Positions 58,820 through 64,000 of a stretch of 64,000 bases of DNA are shown here, in pieces. The position numbers and the translations under genes are program-made. A model generated the notes under the pieces. The model was not told where the DNA came from. It did not search any database and saw nothing but the letters and a program-made list of their open reading frames with translations. The stretch comes from an uncultured Candidatus Saccharibacteria bacterium (lineage in GTDB: Bacteria > Patescibacteriota > Minisyncoccia > Phycocordibacterales > JAKAEA01): assembly GCA_964532205.1 (NCBI GenBank), contig CAZHGQ010000005.1, positions 1,520-65,519 of the forward strand, in the 5' to 3' direction. Position 1 is the first letter of the stretch. Each line of letters begins with the position of its first letter.

Positions 58820-58920
58820 GAAAAACTCAAAAGTAACATGAAAAAGGAAGAGCAAAAGTTATCAATTTTTCTTTACCTGCTTTTCATCAGAATTTTAACG
58901 CTGTGTCTTATACTTTGCCC

Positions 58921-59331
58921 ATGACACACTTTATCAAACAGAAAGATGTTTTTGGTGACCCACTTTCCGATAATGCAACCTTCTCTGAAGCCTGGCACAA
59001 AAAGAATAAGACGTATTATATTCCTGATCATAAGAGTGGTGGTCAAAAGGGCAATGAAGAGCGAAATCGCAAAGACAAGAAGCAAATTCTTCAATGGAAA
59101 TGCCGCCGCGCCGCGCGGCGGCACACTGCATTTCTGATTTTGCACACCCGGCTTGTCAAAAAGCTAACGCAAAAACAACTGGCCGACCTCGTTGGCACAC
59201 AGCAGGGCAATATTGCCAGAATAGAACGTGGGCGGGCGGTACCGTCGTTGGAATTTCTGCTAAAAATGGCGGCGGTGCTGGACACGAAGCTTCTACTGCC
59301 GACATTTGCATTTTTGCGGCCAAAGGCATAA
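58921..59331 (+). CDS. XRE/HTH_3 family DNA-binding protein
   Basis: LTQKQLADLVGTQQGNIARIERG..PSLEFLLKMAAVL. Confidence 0.85.
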   Translation: MTHFIKQKDVFGDPLSDNATFSEAWHKKNKTYYIPDHKSGGQKGNEERNRKDKKQILQWKCRRAARRHTAFLILHTRLVKKLTQKQLADLVGTQQGNIARIERGRAVPSLEFLLKMAAVLDTKLLLPTFAFLRPKA

Positions 59332-59415
59332 TCTAGGGGCAGATATTTCTGATCATTCTTTGTTTGTTTGATTCCTCACAACGTTAATTACTCACAACCC
59401 TTGAAAGGGGGTATT

Positions 59416-59718
59416 ATGCATATTAACGGTGAACATATTCGTGTGCTCCCACCGTGCGAAAAGCACCTGAAGGATACGCTCAAGCAGTACGATGCCAAGC
59501 TTCAAGAGTGCGAGTCTCTGACGCTGACGAATGACCTAAAGCTCATGCTGTTTGTGCGGCGGGAGCTCATCAGTCGTTTGCTCGACCAGCGCGACCTGGA
59601 AAAAGTTGCTAGTGAACATGCGCTCTGGAACCGGGTCAAGGAAGAAATCACCATGGACCAATTCAAGCCGGTCTTTGATCGGGCCTGGTTCCGGATCCAT
59701 GAGCATGCCACGCCGTAG
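59416..59718 (+). CDS. Hypothetical protein (SD-led orphan)
   Basis: AAAGGGGG before ATG; hairpin 59738-59763. Confidence 0.65.
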   Translation: MHINGEHIRVLPPCEKHLKDTLKQYDAKLQECESLTLTNDLKLMLFVRRELISRLLDQRDLEKVASEHALWNRVKEEITMDQFKPVFDRAWFRIHEHATP

Positions 59719-59845
59719 CTTAAGCCAGTCGTGGTGAGAAAGCGCCTTATTTAAGGCGCTTTTCTTGTGGTTGAGACATGTGTGCGGGTGTGATATGTCT
59801 GTGGGTTGCAATATCGACGAAAGAGTCTACAATAGAAAGAACGGT

Positions 59846-60526
59846 ATGATTTATTTTGATAATGTTTCCAAAGTTTACCCAGATACTTCTGTAGCTCTAG
59901 ATAAAGTCAGCTTTACCATCGAACCCAATGAATTCGTCTCTGTCGTCGGCCACTCAGGCGCCGGCAAATCAACGCTGCTTAAAATGATTTTGGCCGAAGA
60001 AAAACCGACCGAAGGCACGGTCTTTTTTCAATCAACACCCATTCACGAACTCCGCCGCAACGAAATCAACCAATTCCGCCGCCGCATCGGTACTATTTTC
60101 CAAGACTTCCGACTCTTACCAAACAAAACTGCCTACGAAAACATTGCTTTTGCCATGGAAGTGGCTGGCAAGACAGATGAGGAGATTGAATCTGATGTAC
60201 CGCACGTCCTCGAACTCGTCGACCTCGGTCGCAAGATGTGGAGTTTTCCGCATCAGCTTTCGGGCGGTGAAAAGCAGCGCGTGGCAATTGCTCGAGCTAT
60301 TGTGAATCATCCAGACATTATTATTGCCGACGAACCGACCGGTAACCTTGACCCGATCAATACGTATGAAATTGTGCAGATCCTGAAAAAAATTAATGAC
60401 CTCGGTACAACGGTGGTGCTGACCACGCACAATAAAGGTGTGATTGATTCCTTGGGTCGCCGCGTTATTACATTAGAAAACGGCCGCATTGTTCGCGATG
60501 ATAAGTCGGGCCGCTATATTTTATAA
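59846..60526 (+). CDS. ftsE: Cell division ATP-binding protein FtsE
   Basis: GHSGAGKST, IFQDFRLL, LSGGEKQRV, ADEPTGNLD; before ftsX. Confidence 0.95.
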   Translation: MIYFDNVSKVYPDTSVALDKVSFTIEPNEFVSVVGHSGAGKSTLLKMILAEEKPTEGTVFFQSTPIHELRRNEINQFRRRIGTIFQDFRLLPNKTAYENIAFAMEVAGKTDEEIESDVPHVLELVDLGRKMWSFPHQLSGGEKQRVAIARAIVNHPDIIIADEPTGNLDPINTYEIVQILKKINDLGTTVVLTTHNKGVIDSLGRRVITLENGRIVRDDKSGRYIL

Positions 60527-60529
60527 TTT

Positions 60530-61456
60530 ATGTTGTGGACTAATACAAAACGAGTTATTCGAGCCGGTTTCGTCAATTTCTGGCGAAATGGCTTTGTGTC
60601 TATCGCTTCGATTTTAGTGATGGTGATTACACTCCTGTTCCTTGGCTCTGTTATTTTTACCGGTGTCTTACTCAAGACTACCTTGCAACAAGTGCAGGAT
60701 AAAGTTGATATTAATGTGTACTTTGTAACGAATGCTCAGGAAAATGACATTCTTTCAATTAAAAAATCCCTCGAGGGTCTGCCTGAAGTAGCCACAGTTA
60801 CATACACGACCCGCGAACAAGCTTTGGCGGAATTTAAAGCTCGCCACGAAAATGATCAGTTTACGATGCAGGCTTTGGATGAACTCAATGACAATCCACT
60901 TGGGGCAGTGCTCAATGTCAAAGCTAAGCAGCCGTCACAGTACGCTGGCATTGCCGACTTCTTGCAGCAGAAGAGTATTTCACAGCGTGATGGTTTGCCC
61001 ATTATCGACAAGATCAACTATCAGCAGAATAAAATTGCTATCGATAAACTCACTAAAATTATTTCTGTTGGCCAACGCTTGGGCTTCATCATTGTGCTCA
61101 TTTTGGTGGCTATGTCGATCATGATTACCTTCAATACCATTCGTCTGACCATTTACATCTCACGTGATGAAATTGCGGTCATGCGCTTGGTGGGTGCCAG
61201 CTCAAAATTTGTGCGTGGCCCATTCGTAATTGTGGGTATTATGTACGGCGCCTTTTCTGCCATTTTAGCCATGCTGATCTTCTACCCAGCGGCGTACTAC
61301 CTGGGACGTTACACTAAGGACTTTTTTGAAACAATTAATATCTATTCGTACTACATTCAGAATTTCGGTCAGATCTTCCTGCTGCTCTTGGGCGCAGGGG
61401 TGGTCATCGGGGCGATTTCAAGTTATTTAGCAGTACGGCGATATTTAATTGTTTAA
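60530..61456 (+). CDS. ftsX: Cell division permease FtsX
   Basis: NTIRLTI, EIAVMRLVGA, VRGPF. Confidence 0.94.
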   Translation: MLWTNTKRVIRAGFVNFWRNGFVSIASILVMVITLLFLGSVIFTGVLLKTTLQQVQDKVDINVYFVTNAQENDILSIKKSLEGLPEVATVTYTTREQALAEFKARHENDQFTMQALDELNDNPLGAVLNVKAKQPSQYAGIADFLQQKSISQRDGLPIIDKINYQQNKIAIDKLTKIISVGQRLGFIIVLILVAMSIMITFNTIRLTIYISRDEIAVMRLVGASSKFVRGPFVIVGIMYGAFSAILAMLIFYPAAYYLGRYTKDFFETINIYSYYIQNFGQIFLLLLGAGVVIGAISSYLAVRRYLIV

Positions 61457-61457
61457 C

Positions 61458-63194
61458 ATGAAGAAAAATCACAAATTCATTTTCGTCATTGGCGGAGTAA
61501 TGTCTGGCGTCGGCAAAGGCATCACCACCTCATCTATCGGCAAACTTCTCGTCGCAAAAGGTTTAAGGGTCAATCCAATCAAGATTGACCCTTATCTTAA
61601 TGTCGATGCTGGTACGATGAATCCGACTGAGCACGGCGAAGTTTTTGTGCTCGACTCTGGCCTCGAGACCGATCAAGACATGGGCAATTATGAACGCTTT
61701 TTGGAAATGGATTTGGCGCCTGAAGACTACATGACCAGCGGTTTGATTTACAAAACAGTCATCGACCGCGAACGAAATCTTGGCTACAAAGGTAAATGTG
61801 TCGAAGCCATTCCGCACATCACTCAAGAAATCACCAAACGCATTTTGGCCTCAGCCGAGAAAAACCAGTCCGACATCACACTTGTGGAAATTGGTGGCAC
61901 CATCGGTGACTTCCAGAATGCTATGTTTATCGAAGCCGCACGTATCCTCAAACTTAAACGTCCTCGCGACGTTATTTTTATGCTCGTGAGCTACCTGCCG
62001 GTGCCATCAAAGATTGGCGAAATGAAGACCAAACCAACTCAGACTGCCGTGCGCATGCTCAATGCCAATGGTATTCAGCCGGATTTTTTGATTGCTCGCT
62101 CAGCTGTGCCACTTGATCATAAGCGCAAAGAGAAACTTTCAATTTCATGTAATGTCTTTGAGCATCGCGTTATTTCAGCGCCTGACATTGAAAGTATTTA
62201 TGATGTGCCGCTCAATTTTGAAAAAGACAAACTAGCAGATGCTATTTTCGAAGCGCTCAATATTAAAAAGCGTAAGACCGGTGGTTTGGAACAATGGAAG
62301 AAATTTGTCAGCAAATCAAAACATCCAAAGAAGCAGTTGAATGTGGCAGTTGTAGGTAAATATTTTGAAACAGGGGACTTTGTGCTTTCAGATGCCTATG
62401 TCTCGGTCATTGAAGCTATTAAATTTTCGGCTTTTCATCAAAATGCTAAAGCCAATTTACACTGGCTTGATTCTGTCGAATTTGAAAAACATCCGTCCAA
62501 GGTTCGTGAGCTCTCGCAGTATGATGGTGTGATCGTGCCTGGCGGCTTCGGCGAACGCGGTATCGAAGGCAATATCAATGTCATTCGTTATTGTCGGGAA
62601 AACAAAATTCCATACTTTGGCCTGTGCTATGGCATGCAACTTATGGTTATTGAATACGCTCGTCACAAAACCAATCTCACCAATGCACACACGGCTGAAA
62701 TAAATCCCGAAGCCAAGCATGTGGTCATCGACATTATGCCGGATCAGAAGAAACATTTGGCCATGGGAAATTACGGCGCTTCAATGCGGCTCGGGGCCTA
62801 CCCAGCCTACCTAAAGAAGGGGACCGTGGCCCGAGCCGCCTACGGTAAAGAATTGGTATCCGAACGTCACCGCCACCGCTACGAAGTCTCACCACACTAC
62901 ATAAAGGAAATAGAAAATTCGGGCCTGGTATTCTCTGGCACATCACCTGACGGCCGCTTAATGGAAATTGCTGAATTGCCGCAGTCCGAACACCCATTCT
63001 TCCTCGGTACTCAATTTCACCCAGAATTTAAGGCTCGACCGCTGCATCCGCACCCACTGTTTTCCGCTTTTATCAAGGCAGCCATTACCTGCGCTAAGCC
63101 GGTACCCACGAAATTCACGCCGGAAATTGCTAAAAAGGAAACCCTCTCTAAACTGCCAACAGCCACCACAGTAGCCAAATCGAGCTTGAAATAA
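61458..63194 (+). CDS. pyrG: CTP synthase
   Basis: GGVMSGVGKG, DPYLNVDAGTM, LCYGMQ, QFHPEF. Confidence 0.98.
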   Translation: MKKNHKFIFVIGGVMSGVGKGITTSSIGKLLVAKGLRVNPIKIDPYLNVDAGTMNPTEHGEVFVLDSGLETDQDMGNYERFLEMDLAPEDYMTSGLIYKTVIDRERNLGYKGKCVEAIPHITQEITKRILASAEKNQSDITLVEIGGTIGDFQNAMFIEAARILKLKRPRDVIFMLVSYLPVPSKIGEMKTKPTQTAVRMLNANGIQPDFLIARSAVPLDHKRKEKLSISCNVFEHRVISAPDIESIYDVPLNFEKDKLADAIFEALNIKKRKTGGLEQWKKFVSKSKHPKKQLNVAVVGKYFETGDFVLSDAYVSVIEAIKFSAFHQNAKANLHWLDSVEFEKHPSKVRELSQYDGVIVPGGFGERGIEGNINVIRYCRENKIPYFGLCYGMQLMVIEYARHKTNLTNAHTAEINPEAKHVVIDIMPDQKKHLAMGNYGASMRLGAYPAYLKKGTVARAAYGKELVSERHRHRYEVSPHYIKEIENSGLVFSGTSPDGRLMEIAELPQSEHPFFLGTQFHPEFKARPLHPHPLFSAFIKAAITCAKPVPTKFTPEIAKKETLSKLPTATTVAKSSLK

Positions 63195-63224
63195 AGTCGT
63201 TTTTGCAGTATGGTATATGGACAT

Positions 63225-63295
63225 TGCGGGATCGTCTAATGGTAGGACAGGCGACTCTGGATCGTCTAATCTAGGTTCGAGTCCTAGTCCCGCAG
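63225..63295 (+). tRNA. tRNA-Gln (CUG)
   Basis: TGCGGGA/TCCCGCA; loop CT CTG GA. Confidence 0.94.
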
Positions 63296-63377
63296 CAGTC
63301 ATAATCTAATCTCAATATCAAGCTTATTGGAGTAAATAAGCTATAATATTGCTATTAAGATTAATGCTCCAAATATA

Positions 63378-64000
63378 ATGTTTGAACAATCCTTTAAGAA
63401 TATCGATAGAATACTTAGAAATGATAATGCGGGCGGGGCGATGGACTATATTGAGCAAACATCATGGATTATATTTCTAAAATACCTTGACGATCTTGAG
63501 ATAGAAAGAGAAAAAGCGGCAAAACTTTTAGGTAAGAAATATCAATTTATTATTGATAAACAATTTAGGTGGGCTTCATGGGCATACCCTCTGGATGGTA
63601 ACAATAAATTGAATCATAATTTAGCACTTACTGGTGCTGATTTACAATCTTTTGTCGATGAGCAACTTTTTCCATATCTTAAAAAATTTAGGTCTGAAAA
63701 TCCGAATTCAATTGAATATAAGATTGGTGAAATATTTAGTGAGCTTAAAAATAAGATAAAAAGTGGATATGCACTTCGTGAAATTCTCGATATTGTCAAT
63801 GGTCTGCACTTCCAATCAAGTAAAGAAAAACACGAGCTTTCTCATTTATATGAAAGTAAAATCGCTGAAATGGGTAACGCTGGACGTGATGGTGGACAAT
63901 ATTACACCCCCCGTCCTCTCATTCGTTCAATTGTTAAATTAGTAGATCCAAAGATTGGAGAAACTGTATACGATGGTGCCTGTGGATCTGCTGGCTTTCT
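63378..64000 (+). CDS. hsdM: Type I restriction-modification methyltransferase subunit M, 5' part
   Basis: MFEQSFKNID..DYIEQTSWIIFLKYLDDLE..GQYYTPR..VYDGACGSAGF; runs off the window. Confidence 0.92.
   Translation, partial: MFEQSFKNIDRILRNDNAGGAMDYIEQTSWIIFLKYLDDLEIEREKAAKLLGKKYQFIIDKQFRWASWAYPLDGNNKLNHNLALTGADLQSFVDEQLFPYLKKFRSENPNSIEYKIGEIFSELKNKIKSGYALREILDIVNGLHFQSSKEKHELSHLYESKIAEMGNAGRDGGQYYTPRPLIRSIVKLVDPKIGETVYDGACGSAGF

Overview
Chromosomal segment of a Patescibacteria/CPR (Parcubacteria-like) bacterium. The taxonomic call is inferred from: spc operon without rpmD (L30), short L24, CPR-style pilM-N-O-x-pilB-receiver-pilT-pilC-pilin-pilD cluster, a VirB2-like pilin domain, tRNA-Ile(UAU) and many apparently leaderless genes. 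Core content: end of the spc operon, secY, adk, map, a VirD4/TraD-like ATPase, ndk, a beta-CASP nuclease, infC-rpmI-rplT, tmRNA-smpB, ftsH, recG, mutY-like, comF, a type IV pilus locus, ligA, gatCA, prfB, ftsEX, pyrG, eight tRNAs, a probable 6S RNA and the start of a type I R-M hsdM. Most striking: a second class of genes is scattered between the core genes as small self-contained cassettes, each with a Shine-Dalgarno site and often a consensus sigma70 promoter and a perfect hairpin. Several encode proteins that look foreign to a monoderm CPR cell: an outer-membrane beta-barrel, two unannotated Flp-type pilins, and a MauE + H-X9-DG pseudopilin operon of Planctomycetota style. Also notable: a glycoside hydrolase fused to a VirB2-like pilin, two arrays of TATATC-N6-GATAT(A) palindromes, GC-GNA-GC triloop hairpins, and a 31-aa peptide ending in CxxCQ. 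All family assignments were made by eye from motifs; no searches were run.
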